DNA of 64,000 nt from an uncultured Solirubrobacterales bacterium (GCA_963824785.1 CAWGQG010000002.1:133570-197569); one strand, 5' to 3'; counted from the stretch's first letter, positions 29,627 through 39,368 are shown. Translations and numbers: made by a program. Notes: generated from the letters alone by a model not told the origin.

Positions 29627-31303
29627 ATGCTCGAGTCGATCACGTCGCGTCAACCCGTCAAAGCGGTCGCGGACAACGTCTGGGCCATCAGCGTGCTCAC
29701 GCAGACCGGCCTGGTCCGCCCGCTGCGGCCGGACAAGGCGATGCGCATCGGGGAGCGAGCGATCCGCTGGGGGGTCAGCCCCGCCCTCGCCAGCGCAGCC
29801 GGTGCGATCCAGCGTCCCGACGAGACGGCCATCGTCGACGAGATGGGCACGCTCACCTTCTCCGATCTCCACCGCCGCTCGAACGCGCTGGCTCGGTCGC
29901 TGCAGGACGAGGGCGTCGGCGAGGGCGACGGCGTCGCGATCATGTGCCGGAACCACCGCCACTTCGTGGAGGCCACCCTGGCCTGCTCGAAGCTCGGCGC
30001 CGTAGGCCTCTATCTGAACACGTCGTTCGCCGGACCGCAGCTCGCGGAGGTGATGAAGCGCGAGCAGCCTGCCGCGCTGATCTACGACGACGAGTTCGCG
30101 GAGATCCTCGACGCGGAGGACCAGGACACGCGTCGCTACGTCGGCTGGAGCGAGGGGGAGAGCGGCGACTCCACGATCGAGGACCTGGTCGAGGCGGCGG
30201 ACGACGACGACCTGAAGCCCCCCTCCGAGCACGGCCGCTTCACGATCCTCACCTCGGGGACCACGGGCACCCCGAAGGGCGCTCAGCGCGAGTCACCGTC
30301 CGGGCTCGTGCCGCTGGCGGCGCTGTTCTCGAAGATCCCGCACCGCGTCGGCGAGAAGATGGTGATCGCCGCGCCCCTCTTTCACTCGTGGGGCTTCACG
30401 CACTTCATGCTCGGGTTGCCGCTGGGCGCCACGATCGTGCTGCGCCGCAAGTTCGACCCCGAGGCGACCCTGCAGGCGATCGCCGAGCACCGGGCCGAGG
30501 TGCTGGCCGTCGTGCCGGTGATGATGCAGCGCATCCTCCAGCTGCCCGAGGAGACGCGGCAGCGCTACGACGTCTCGTCGCTGAAGATCACCGCGGCAAG
30601 CGGATCGGCCCTTCCCGGCGAGCTCGCCACCAAGTGGATGGACGAGTTCGGGGACAACCTCTACAACCTCTACGGCTCGACCGAGGTCGCCTGGGCGACG
30701 ATCGCCACTCCCGAGGACATGCGCGAGGCGCCCGGCACCGCCGGGCGGGTGCCGCGAGGGACGGTTGTGAAGATCGTGGACGACGACGGCAACGAGGTGG
30801 ACACCGGCGAGACCGGCCGCATCTTCGTCGGCAACGACATGTCCTTCGAGGGCTACACCGGCGGCGAGGACAAGGAGCGGCTCGGCGACCTGCTCTCCTC
30901 CGGCGACGTCGGCCACTTCGACGAGGACGGCCGGATGTTCGTCGACGGCCGTGACGACGAGATGATCGTCTCGGGAGGGGAGAACGTGTTCCCGCGCGAG
31001 GTCGAGGACCTGCTGTCCGACCACGAGGCCGTGGACGAGGCGGCGGCGGTCGGGGTCGACGACGAGGAGTTCGGCCAGCGGCTGAAGGCCTTCGTGGTGA
31101 CCAAGGGCGGCAAGGACGCCTCCGAGGACGACCTCAAGGCCCACGTCAAGAAGAACCTCGCCAACTACAAGGTGCCGCGCGAGATCGTCTTCCTCGACGA
31201 GCTGCCCCGGAACTCCACCGGCAAGGTGCTGAAGCGGGAGCTCGCCGAGAGCGACGACGGCGACGATGGCGACGGGGACGGTGACGGAGATGGCGGCGGC
31301 TGA
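29627..31303 (+). CDS. acyl-CoA synthetase / AMP-dependent ligase
   Basis: 558 aa with the AMP-binding motif ILTSGTTGTPKGA, YGSTE, and a C-terminal domain with GKVLKREL. Asp/Gly-repeat tail. Confidence 0.85.
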   Translation: MLESITSRQPVKAVADNVWAISVLTQTGLVRPLRPDKAMRIGERAIRWGVSPALASAAGAIQRPDETAIVDEMGTLTFSDLHRRSNALARSLQDEGVGEGDGVAIMCRNHRHFVEATLACSKLGAVGLYLNTSFAGPQLAEVMKREQPAALIYDDEFAEILDAEDQDTRRYVGWSEGESGDSTIEDLVEAADDDDLKPPSEHGRFTILTSGTTGTPKGAQRESPSGLVPLAALFSKIPHRVGEKMVIAAPLFHSWGFTHFMLGLPLGATIVLRRKFDPEATLQAIAEHRAEVLAVVPVMMQRILQLPEETRQRYDVSSLKITAASGSALPGELATKWMDEFGDNLYNLYGSTEVAWATIATPEDMREAPGTAGRVPRGTVVKIVDDDGNEVDTGETGRIFVGNDMSFEGYTGGEDKERLGDLLSSGDVGHFDEDGRMFVDGRDDEMIVSGGENVFPREVEDLLSDHEAVDEAAAVGVDDEEFGQRLKAFVVTKGGKDASEDDLKAHVKKNLANYKVPREIVFLDELPRNSTGKVLKRELAESDDGDDGDGDGDGDGGG

Positions 31304-32361
31304 GGAATCCCAGGAGCCCGTCGCCCTCGACGCGGAGGGAATCCGCGCGGAGATCGACGCCGCGCGCGACGCCACCGACCGCTTCCGGGACAAGGCCGCC
31401 GCGCTGGTCGAGGAGCTGCGGGACCGCGAGGCGAAGGCCCGCGACGCGGCTGACCGTGCCCGCGTCGCCGCCAAGACGTCCCGCCGGGAGGCCGAGGCGG
31501 CGATCGCGAAGGCGCGCAAGACCGAGGAGCGCACGATCGGCCGCGCCCAGGAGGTCGTCCGCGAGGCGAGCCGGCGCGCCGGTGAGTCCGAGCGCCGGGT
31601 GCACGAGGCCGAGCGGCGAGCCGCCGCCACCGAGAGCGCCCTCGCGGACGCTCAGGAGGCGACCCGTGGCCAGGCCGAGCGAATGGAGCAGCTGGAGCAG
31701 CAGCTCGGCGCAGCCACGGATCGTGTGAAGAAGGCGGAGCGCGCTGCGTCCGAGGCCGAGCAGCGGGTGGATGAGATGCGAACGCGAGGCCAGGAGGCCG
31801 TCGAGCGGGTCAAGCGCCAGGCGCGCAAGCGGATCGCGGAGGCGACCGCCGAGTCGAGCGAGCAAGCCCGCGCGGCGGAGGCGCGGGCGGAGGAACTGAC
31901 GGCGCAGCTGAACGAGGCCGAGCAGCGGACCATCGCCGCCGAGGACCGCGCCGAGGCGGCCACGGAGAGCACGAGGGCGGAGGTGGAGCGGGTCAAGGCG
32001 GAGATGGAGACCCGCATCGCGGCCGCTGCCGAGGATGCTCGCCGCGATTCCGAAGAACGGGTCAGGCGGCTGGCGGACCGGGTCGCGCAGGAAGCGGAGG
32101 CCCGGGCCCGGGCGGAGGCGGAGGCCCGGCTCAGCCAGGAGGCCGTGAAGCTGCAGCGTGAGGCCGAGGAGCGAGTCGATGCCGCCCGTCGGCGGGCGGA
32201 GCAGGAGGTCGCCGACAAGGTCGAGCGGGCTCGCGAGTCCGCGCTCGCCGGGATCGCTGCCGGAGGACGCGGAGGTGGCCGACGCCCCGCCGTCAGAGAC
32301 CCCTGCGGGCGAGCCGGCGGGGACCCGCTACGTCGGCGGCCGTCGGCTGCGGACGTTCTAG
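31290..32361 (+). CDS. Ala/Glu/Arg-rich coiled-coil protein; 3' end uncertain
   Basis: Long heptad-like AEARA/ERV repeats. ORF 31266..32816 runs 450 nt into the convergent gene. A switch near 32260-32275 into ORF 32158..32361 gives a natural-looking end (...PSETPAGEPAGTRYVGGRRLRTF*) just before that gene. Confidence 0.45.
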
Positions 32362-32366
32362 ACCGC

Positions 32367-33797
32367 TCAGCCGGCGCCCTCGACCACGCGCTTCGCGGCC
32401 TCGGCGCCGTTGGCGTGAGTGCCGTTACCGTTTGCAGACGCGCCGTTCCCGTTCAGGCGGGCGGGGCGGAAGCGGCGGGCGACGCGGCTGATGCGCGTGG
32501 CCGCCCGGGTCGCGGGCGAGACGGTGACGGAATCCATGAAGTCGTGGATCAGGCCGTTGGTGTCCTCGGGCAGCTCGACCTGGGGGACGTGGCCGCACTG
32601 TTCCAGCACGATCTGGCGAGCATCTGGCAGCAGCTCGGAGACGTGCCTGCAGAAGCTGTGCGGGACGAGCGGGTCCTCGTCGCCCCAGATGAACATCGAC
32701 GGCGGCTGGAGTCCCGCAAGCCGGGTCCAGAAGCCATCCGGGCCGAAGGGCTCCTCCAGGTAGATGCTGCGCGCCGAGGAGTGGAAGGCGACCCGGGCGG
32801 CCTGGACCCGGTATGAGGCCAGGAACTCCTGGACGGCGATGTCTGCGACGGACGGATGCAGCCGCTCGGGGCGAGCGAACATGCTCCAGAACTGCCGCCG
32901 CACGACCGCGCTGCTCATCGGATGCGGAATCGCGGCCAGCTCCGGGCGGGCGAGCTTCACGATCGGGACGAAGACCCTGTGCTTGCGCCACGCCATCGAG
33001 GGCGTCAGCAGGCTGAGGCTGTGGACCCGGTCCGGGGCGGTCAGCCCCACCTCGAGCGCCACGCGCCCGCCCAGCGAGTTCCCGACGAGGTGAGCGCGCT
33101 CGATCTGCATCGAGTCGAGGAAGCGCAGAACCGAGCGGGCGAACCAGGCCGCGTTGAAGGGGGCCCGGCCTGGCTTCGAGGACGACCCGAAGCCGGGCAG
33201 GTCGATTGCGTGCACGGTGTAGTGGGGTGTCAGCGCCGACGCGGTCTCGTAGAAACTGACCTTGTTACCCCCGAGCCCGTGGATCAGCACGACGGTCTCG
33301 TGACCCTCACCGGAGGTCAGGGTCGAGATCTTCGCCTTGCCGGCCTCGACGTCGTGCAGGTGCAGCAGCGGGGGGCGGCCGTTGGGGAGGCGGAAGAAGC
33401 CCTCGAAGGCGACGGCGAGGTCGATGCTGCCGCGCGCCCACAGCCGGCGGGTGCGAAACGCGTCAAGTCCGGAGAGCCGGCCCTCGCGCAGCGCCAGCCA
33501 CGTCGCGGCGTCCGTGCCGATGACGACGTCGGTGTCGGGCGGGGGACTGGAGAGGACGCGTGCCTCGGATTCATCGAGCTCCACACCCCAGCTCAGCGCG
33601 AGGTCCTCGAGCTCGATGCGGTAGCTGGCGCGGAACCCGGGCTCAGCGCCCAGATAGCGCTGGGGGAGCGAGGCGAATGCCTCCTCGACCCTGCCGTGCA
33701 CGTGCTCCTCTAGAGACGCCCTCTCCAAAGCGTCAGCAGAGTAGCCACCGGAACGGCTGTTCCCCCCGTGGCGATCGGCACTTAACTCGTCATTCAC
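32367..33797 (-). CDS. SCP2 sterol-binding domain fused to alpha/beta hydrolase
   Basis: N-terminal SCP2-like region (IGTDAATWLALREGRLSGLDAFRTRRLWARG). Then VVLIHGLGG, GNSLGG nucleophile elbow and C-terminal CGHVPQ. Confidence 0.8.
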   Translation of the reverse strand: MNDELSADRHGGNSRSGGYSADALERASLEEHVHGRVEEAFASLPQRYLGAEPGFRASYRIELEDLALSWGVELDESEARVLSSPPPDTDVVIGTDAATWLALREGRLSGLDAFRTRRLWARGSIDLAVAFEGFFRLPNGRPPLLHLHDVEAGKAKISTLTSGEGHETVVLIHGLGGNKVSFYETASALTPHYTVHAIDLPGFGSSSKPGRAPFNAAWFARSVLRFLDSMQIERAHLVGNSLGGRVALEVGLTAPDRVHSLSLLTPSMAWRKHRVFVPIVKLARPELAAIPHPMSSAVVRRQFWSMFARPERLHPSVADIAVQEFLASYRVQAARVAFHSSARSIYLEEPFGPDGFWTRLAGLQPPSMFIWGDEDPLVPHSFCRHVSELLPDARQIVLEQCGHVPQVELPEDTNGLIHDFMDSVTVSPATRAATRISRVARRFRPARLNGNGASANGNGTHANGAEAAKRVVEGAG

Positions 33798-33908
33798 GGG
33801 ATTTCCTGCCTATTTGCGGGTTTTCGGCGTCCATGCTCGGCGACTCGCTCCGCGATCATGCCCCAGAGCAGCCGGTTTTACACCCTGTTCTGTGACTAAG
33901 CTCGCCCG

Positions 33909-35258
33909 ATGCGCAGGGTGGTCATCCAGGACACGCTCAGCGGCGAGGCCCGTCCGCTGGAGCCCGGTGAGCATGGCCGCGTGGGGATCTATGCCTGCGG
34001 GCCCACCACCTACGGCCGCATCCACATCGGCAACGCCCGCCCGTTCGTGGTCTTCACCCTGCTGCGCCGGTTCCTCGCGCACGAGGGCTATGAGCCGAAG
34101 CTGGTGATCAACGTCACCGACATCAACGACAAGATCTACGACGCGGCGCGCGAGGCCGGCGTGCCCTCGGCGCGCTTCGCCGAGGAGATGACGGCGGCGT
34201 ACATCGACGACACGGATCGCCTCGGCCTGGGGCGCCCGGATGCCGAGCCGCTCGCCACCGAGACGATCGGCGAGATCGTGGCGCTGATCGAGGACCTGAT
34301 CGAGGGCGAGCACGCCTACCAGGCGAACGGCGACGTCTACTTCCGCGTCCGGAGTTTCGAGGGCTACGGGAAGCTCTCCAACCGCGACACCGACGACATG
34401 GACCAGGGCGAGGAGGCCGGGACCGCCTCGCTGAAGGAGGACCCGCTCGACTTCGCCCTCTGGAAGGGCCAGAAGGAGGGGGAGGACACCTCGTGGGAGT
34501 CGCCCTGGGGCCCCGGCCGGCCCGGCTGGCACATCGAGTGCTCGGCGATGGCCGAGAAGGAGCTCGGCGGCGAGTTCTCGGTCCACGGAGGCGGCTCGGA
34601 TCTGGTCTTCCCCCACCACGAGAACGAGATCGCCCAGACCGAGGGCGCCCGCGGCAAGCCCCTGGCCAAGGCCTGGATGCACAACGGCATGGTCCAGCTC
34701 GACGAATCGAAGATGTCGAAGTCGGTGGGGAACGTCTTCCAGCTCTCCGAGGCGCTCGACCGCCACGGTCCCGAGGCGGTGGTGGCGTACCTCGCCTCCG
34801 GCCACTACCGCCAGCCGCTCGCGTTCTCGGACGAGGCCCTGGCCGAGGCGAAGGCCCGGGTGGAGCGGATCCGCAACTACGCGGCGACGGCTCCCGGCGG
34901 GGAGCCGGACGAGTTCCTGGCGGACCGCCGGGAGGCCTTCCTCGATGCGCTGGCCGACGACTTCAACACCCCGCGGGCGTTCGCGGCCCTGGCGGAAATC
35001 GTCGCCGAGGGCAACCGGCGCGAGCTGCCCGGCGCCCGCCCCCTGCTGGAGGAGCTGCTCCCGCTGCTCGGCCTCGAGTCGGCCCTGGCCGAGCAGGAGG
35101 GTCCGGACCCCGAGGCCGAGCGGCTGCTCACCGAACGCGAGCAGGCGCGCGCCGACAAGGATTTCGACCGCGCCGATCAGATCCGGGACGAGCTGGCGTC
35201 GCTCGGCTGGGAGGTCCGCGACGAGGCCGGCGGCGCGCGCCTGGTGCGGCGCGGGTAG
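33909..35258 (+). CDS. cysS: cysteine--tRNA ligase
   Basis: HIGNARP (HIGH), WHIECS and KMSKSVGN motifs; 449 aa. Confidence 0.95.
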   Translation: MRRVVIQDTLSGEARPLEPGEHGRVGIYACGPTTYGRIHIGNARPFVVFTLLRRFLAHEGYEPKLVINVTDINDKIYDAAREAGVPSARFAEEMTAAYIDDTDRLGLGRPDAEPLATETIGEIVALIEDLIEGEHAYQANGDVYFRVRSFEGYGKLSNRDTDDMDQGEEAGTASLKEDPLDFALWKGQKEGEDTSWESPWGPGRPGWHIECSAMAEKELGGEFSVHGGGSDLVFPHHENEIAQTEGARGKPLAKAWMHNGMVQLDESKMSKSVGNVFQLSEALDRHGPEAVVAYLASGHYRQPLAFSDEALAEAKARVERIRNYAATAPGGEPDEFLADRREAFLDALADDFNTPRAFAALAEIVAEGNRRELPGARPLLEELLPLLGLESALAEQEGPDPEAERLLTEREQARADKDFDRADQIRDELASLGWEVRDEAGGARLVRRG

Positions 35259-35263
35259 GGCGC

Positions 35264-35941
35264 GTGTCCGTGCCCGACGAGAACCGCGAACGCATCTACG
35301 GCGTGCAGCCGGTCGCCGAGGCCGAGCGCGGCCGGCGCCGCGTTCATCAGGTCTGGCGCGCCCCGGAGACCCCGGCGGAGGAGCTCGAGCGGCTCTGCGG
35401 CTCGCCCGACCACCAGGGCGTGGTCGCCGAGGTCGATCCGTATCCGTACGCCCACGCCGACGCGCTCCTCGAAGGCGAGAACCCCCTGGTGGTGGCCCTC
35501 GACGAGGTCCAGGACCCGCACAACCTCGGCGCGGTCATTCGCGCCGCGGAGGTCGCCGGGGCCACCGGCGTCGTCATCCCGGAGCGGCGCGCCGCCTCGG
35601 TGACCGCCGCCGTCTGCAAGGCCTCGGCGGGGGCGGTCGAGCACCTGCCCGTCGCTCGCGTCCGGAACCTCGCCGACTGGCTCGCCCGCGCCAAGGAGCA
35701 GGAGGCGTGGATCTACGGAGCGGCGGCCTCGGCTCGCCAGCTCTACACCGAGGTGGACTGGACCGGGGCGGCGGTTCTGGTGCTCGGCTCGGAGGGGAAG
35801 GGGCTGCGGCCCCGGGTCACATCGACCTGCGATGAGCTGATCTCGGTGCCGGTGCGGGGCAAGGTCGCGTCCCTGAACGTCTCGGTCGCGGCGGCCGTGA
35901 TCCTGTTCGAAGTGGCCCGGCAACGTACGCTGCGCGCGTAA
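35264..35941 (+). CDS. rlmB: 23S rRNA (guanosine-2'-O)-methyltransferase RlmB / TrmH family
   Basis: SpoU motifs (LDEVQDPHNLGAVIRAAEVAG, LVLGSEGKGLR, VASLNVSVAAAV). GTG at 35264, 6 nt after the cysS stop. Confidence 0.85.
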   Translation: MSVPDENRERIYGVQPVAEAERGRRRVHQVWRAPETPAEELERLCGSPDHQGVVAEVDPYPYAHADALLEGENPLVVALDEVQDPHNLGAVIRAAEVAGATGVVIPERRAASVTAAVCKASAGAVEHLPVARVRNLADWLARAKEQEAWIYGAAASARQLYTEVDWTGAAVLVLGSEGKGLRPRVTSTCDELISVPVRGKVASLNVSVAAAVILFEVARQRTLRA

Positions 35942-36023
35942 ATCGGTACCAGGGCCCACGGACGGAAGCCTCAAAATTGGGGAGGCCAGGCACGGATCCT
36001 GCAACCGATCTTGCATCGCCCTA

Positions 36024-36052
36024 TTGACAGCGACCGCGCCGACAGATAGTTT
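36024..36052 (+). promoter_or_regulatory. candidate sigma-70-type promoter of the sigH-like gene
   Basis: TTGACA (36024-36029), 17-nt spacer, TAGTTT (36047-36052). An approximately 130-nt leader follows, then AAGGAGG before GTG 36182. Confidence 0.4.
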
Positions 36053-36181
36053 TCCGCGCGAGGGTGAACCTCAGGTTGAGCCTGATGGAAGGCGACGCCG
36101 GAGAGACAGCATCCTCAGGGAGGGGCGCCCCCCGGGGGAGGTGCGGAGCGCCACAGAGACCACCGTTCTAAGGAGGCTGCT

Positions 36182-36880
36182 GTGGCTGTACCAACCCCAA
36201 GCACCAAAGAGCAGGCCGCGGTCACCGCAAAGGGACTGCCGGATACCACCAGAAGGACCCATCCCGGGCCGGACGACGAGTTTCTGGTCGCCCTCGCCAA
36301 GAATGGGCGCAACGACGCCTACGACCAGCTGGTCAGGCGCTATCGCCGCTTCGTCCGCGTCAAGTCCTCGTCCTACTTCCTGCTCGGCGGCGACGCCGAC
36401 GACCTGATGCAGGAGGGGCTGCTGGGCCTGTTCAAGGCGATCCGCGACTACAAGCCCGAGCGCGAGGCCAGCTTCCGCGGCTTCGCCGAGCTCTGCATCA
36501 CCCGTCAGATCATCACCGCCGTCAAGACCGCGACCCGCAACAAGCACGGCGCCCTCAATCACTACGTCTCGTTCAGCCAGACGCCGGCCGCGGCCGGCCC
36601 CGACTCCGAGACCACCCTCGAGGAGGTCCTTCCCGGGCCCTCGGTCAGGGACCCCGTCAATCAGGTGATCGCGAGTGAGGAGCTCGACAGCCTCGTTTCG
36701 TGCCTCACCAGCGTCCTCTCGGAGCTGGAGAGCCACGTGCTGGCGCTCTACCTCGACGGCCACTCCTACGAGGTGATCGGGGAGCGGCTCGAGTGCGACA
36801 CCAAGACGGTGGACAACGCGCTGCAGCGCGTGAAGCGCAAGGTGGGAATCCACCTGAGCTCGCGCGAGGTGAAGATCTGA
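36182..36880 (+). CDS. sigH: RNA polymerase sigma factor, Bacillus Spo0H (sigma-H) type
   Basis: Near-identical blocks to B. subtilis SigH as I recall it: SSYFLLGGDADDLMQEGLLGLFKAIRDYK, SFRGFAELCITRQIITAVKTATRNKH, LYLDGHSYEVI, DNALQRVKRKV. Position after cysS-rlmB matches the Bacillus order. Confidence 0.8.
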   Translation: MAVPTPSTKEQAAVTAKGLPDTTRRTHPGPDDEFLVALAKNGRNDAYDQLVRRYRRFVRVKSSSYFLLGGDADDLMQEGLLGLFKAIRDYKPEREASFRGFAELCITRQIITAVKTATRNKHGALNHYVSFSQTPAAAGPDSETTLEEVLPGPSVRDPVNQVIASEELDSLVSCLTSVLSELESHVLALYLDGHSYEVIGERLECDTKTVDNALQRVKRKVGIHLSSREVKI

Positions 36881-36955
36881 GCTTCCACAGCTAGGCAGGC
36901 GGTACCCGGCGGCCGCCCTCGGGCGGTCGCCGCGCTTCTGCGGTGATAGCTTCGG

Positions 36956-37546
36956 GTGGAGGTGAGCGGGAAGCTGGCAGCCGGAAGCGTCGGAAGGGGG
37001 GACCGGCGCCGTGCGCTCTCGATCGCCATCACCATCGTCCTCGCCGTCGCCCTGGTCGTCACCGCATTCGTGGTGGCCCGCAACGAGCGCGGGACCGCCG
37101 GCTCCGACCACCTCGCGGGGACCGCGGCGGCCGATGTGCTGCGGGGCCGCAGCGGGGGCGATCTGCTGAAGGGACTGGGTGGCCACGACCGGCTGCTCGG
37201 GGTGCGTGGAAACGACTTCCTGATCGGGGGGAACGGCAGGGACAGGCTCGTCGGCGGCAGCGGACGGGATCGGCTGAAGGGCGGCAAGGGGAGGGACAAG
37301 CTGCTCGGCGGCAAGGGACCCGACCAGCTGCTGGCGGGTGGCGGCGGTGGGGTGATGAAGGGCGGGCCCGGCTACGACACCTTCAACGGCAAGGAGGGGG
37401 CCCAGAAGGGCGGGGCGGGCGACGACGTGATCAAGGCCCGAGACGGCAACGAGGACTTCGTCAACTGCGGCGGCGGCAACGACGTCGCGACCGTCGACGC
37501 CTCCGAGGACGGGCTCTTCGGATGCGAGGAGATCAGGGCGCCGTGA
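36956..37546 (+). CDS. membrane-anchored protein with hemolysin-type (RTX-like) calcium-binding repeats
   Basis: N-terminal TM ALSIAITIVLAVALVVTAFVV. Then tandem nonapeptide-like units (GGNGRDRLVGGSGRDRLKGGKGRDKLLGGKGPD...). Confidence 0.65.
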   Translation: MEVSGKLAAGSVGRGDRRRALSIAITIVLAVALVVTAFVVARNERGTAGSDHLAGTAAADVLRGRSGGDLLKGLGGHDRLLGVRGNDFLIGGNGRDRLVGGSGRDRLKGGKGRDKLLGGKGPDQLLAGGGGGVMKGGPGYDTFNGKEGAQKGGAGDDVIKARDGNEDFVNCGGGNDVATVDASEDGLFGCEEIRAP

Positions 37547-39063
37547 ACCGCCGGACCAGGATCCCCAAGCTCGAGGCGGCCGACCGCGAGCGGGCCGAGA
37601 GGCTCGAGCGGGAACACGACGCGAATCCCGACGAGGCGATGCGCAGACGCGAGTTTCTGGGCAGGACCGCGGCCCTTGCGGGCGCGGCCGGACTGGCTAC
37701 GGCCCTGCCGATCGAGACACTGGTGGGCGAGGCCGCGAAGCAGCAGTCGCTGGCCTCGCAGCTGCCGAGCGCACGGAAGATGCCGATCGACACCTTCGTC
37801 GTGGTGATGATGGAGAACCGCTCCTTCGACCATTACTTCGGCTGGCGCGAGGACGCGGACTCAAAGAACGCGGGCCTGTCCTATCCGGACGCGAACGGCA
37901 ATCCGACTCCGACCCATCACCTCGGGTCCGACTTCCAGGGCTGTTCGTTCAAGGACCCGAACCACTCCTGGGATGGCGGTCGCCACCAATACAACGCCGG
38001 CAAGATGGACGGCTTCGTTCAGGGAAACAAGCAGGGAACGGGCTCGGACAGCTTCGCGGCGGGCTACTACCTGAAGCAGGACCTGCCCTTCATCCCGCAC
38101 GTCGCCGACGCGTTCCAGCTCCACGACCGCTTCTTCTGCTCGGCGATGGCCTCGACGTACCCCAACCGCCACTACATGTGGGGTGCTCAGGCGGGAGGGC
38201 AGAAGAGCAACGTCATCAACCCCAACCTGAACACCTGGGAGACGATCTTCGACCGCTCGCGGAGGATGGGGGTCAGCGCGACCTACTTCCAGACCGACGT
38301 CCCGTTCTCGGCGCTCTACGCCCCGCGCGGGAACCTCTGGACCGAGCAGATCACCGACTACTACGAGCGCGCGGCGGCCGGGACGCTGTCCAACATCAAC
38401 TACGTGGATCCCGCGTTCGGCTCCGCCGTGAACGGGGTCTCGGGCGACGAGCACCCGCACGGGGACGTTCGCACCGGCCAGGCCTGGATGGCCGACGTGG
38501 TGAACGCGTTCATCGAATCGCCGCAATTCGAGCGGGGAGCGCTCTTCATCGTCTACGACGAGTGGGGCGGGTTCTTCGACCATGTTCCGCCGCGATCGGT
38601 GCCCGACGATCGCCAGAGCAACGAGATCTACTTGAACCACGGGCTCACCGGATTCCGGATCCCTGCGGTGACGGTCAGTCCGTACGTCCGCCAGGGGAAG
38701 GTGAGCCACGCGACCTGCGCCTTCGAGTCGATCCTGAAGCTGATCGCCTACCGCTTCCGCCTCGGTTACCTGAACAAGCGGCACCGTTACGCCTTCAACA
38801 TCGGCCGGACCTTCGACTGGAACAACCCGGACTTCAGCCGCCCGCCGCTGCCGGATCCGGTCAACGTCGTCTCACAGCCGTGCTCGGGCCCACGTGGCGA
38901 TGCCGCGCGGCCCAAGGACCACGACATGATGGAGCTGCAGACCAGCGGACTGCTCGATCGTTACGGCTTCGAGTTCCACCCGGCGACGCCCGAGCGGATG
39001 TTCCGCCAGCCGGACTCGGTCCAGCAGGCGCTGCGCGAGTCGTCGCCCTGGCTAGCCGACTAG
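37543..39063 (+). CDS. Tat-secreted phosphoesterase family protein (non-haemolytic phospholipase C / acid phosphatase type)
   Basis: Twin-arginine signal MRRREFLGRTAALAGAAG. VVVMMENRSFDHYFGW, YPNRHYMW and DEWGGFFDHV motifs. GTG 37543 overlaps the upstream TGA. An alternative ATG lies at 37639. Confidence 0.8.
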   Translation: MNRRTRIPKLEAADRERAERLEREHDANPDEAMRRREFLGRTAALAGAAGLATALPIETLVGEAAKQQSLASQLPSARKMPIDTFVVVMMENRSFDHYFGWREDADSKNAGLSYPDANGNPTPTHHLGSDFQGCSFKDPNHSWDGGRHQYNAGKMDGFVQGNKQGTGSDSFAAGYYLKQDLPFIPHVADAFQLHDRFFCSAMASTYPNRHYMWGAQAGGQKSNVINPNLNTWETIFDRSRRMGVSATYFQTDVPFSALYAPRGNLWTEQITDYYERAAAGTLSNINYVDPAFGSAVNGVSGDEHPHGDVRTGQAWMADVVNAFIESPQFERGALFIVYDEWGGFFDHVPPRSVPDDRQSNEIYLNHGLTGFRIPAVTVSPYVRQGKVSHATCAFESILKLIAYRFRLGYLNKRHRYAFNIGRTFDWNNPDFSRPPLPDPVNVVSQPCSGPRGDAARPKDHDMMELQTSGLLDRYGFEFHPATPERMFRQPDSVQQALRESSPWLAD

Positions 39064-39368
39064 CGGCGGCGCCCGCGGAGGGCGGCGGAGCTCGCGATGG
39101 TCTTGATCAGCTCGCGGGGCTCGACCTTGCCGATCAGGCGCTGAAGGTCCTTGCGCTCGCGATCGTCGAGGTTCGACGGCCTGCCCTTCGAGGTCTTGAC
39201 GATCTCGACCAGACGGCGGCGGTCCCGCTCGTCGAGGCGCGAGGTGAGGTGGTTGCGGACGGCGACCAGGGCCTCGGCAGCGGCCAGCAGCCAGGCGCCG
39301 CGGGCGAGCCAGCGGCCGCGCGCGGCCGCGGAGCCGGGTCCGGTGAGCGTCTTTCCGAGCGGAGCCAT
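39060..39368 (-). CDS. hypothetical protein
   Basis: ATG at 39368 gives 102 aa (MAPLGKTLTG...LDERDRRRLVEIVKTSKGRPSNLDDRERKDLQRLIGK...). No family recognised. Confidence 0.4.
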   Translation of the reverse strand: MAPLGKTLTGPGSAAARGRWLARGAWLLAAAEALVAVRNHLTSRLDERDRRRLVEIVKTSKGRPSNLDDRERKDLQRLIGKVEPRELIKTIASSAALRGRRR

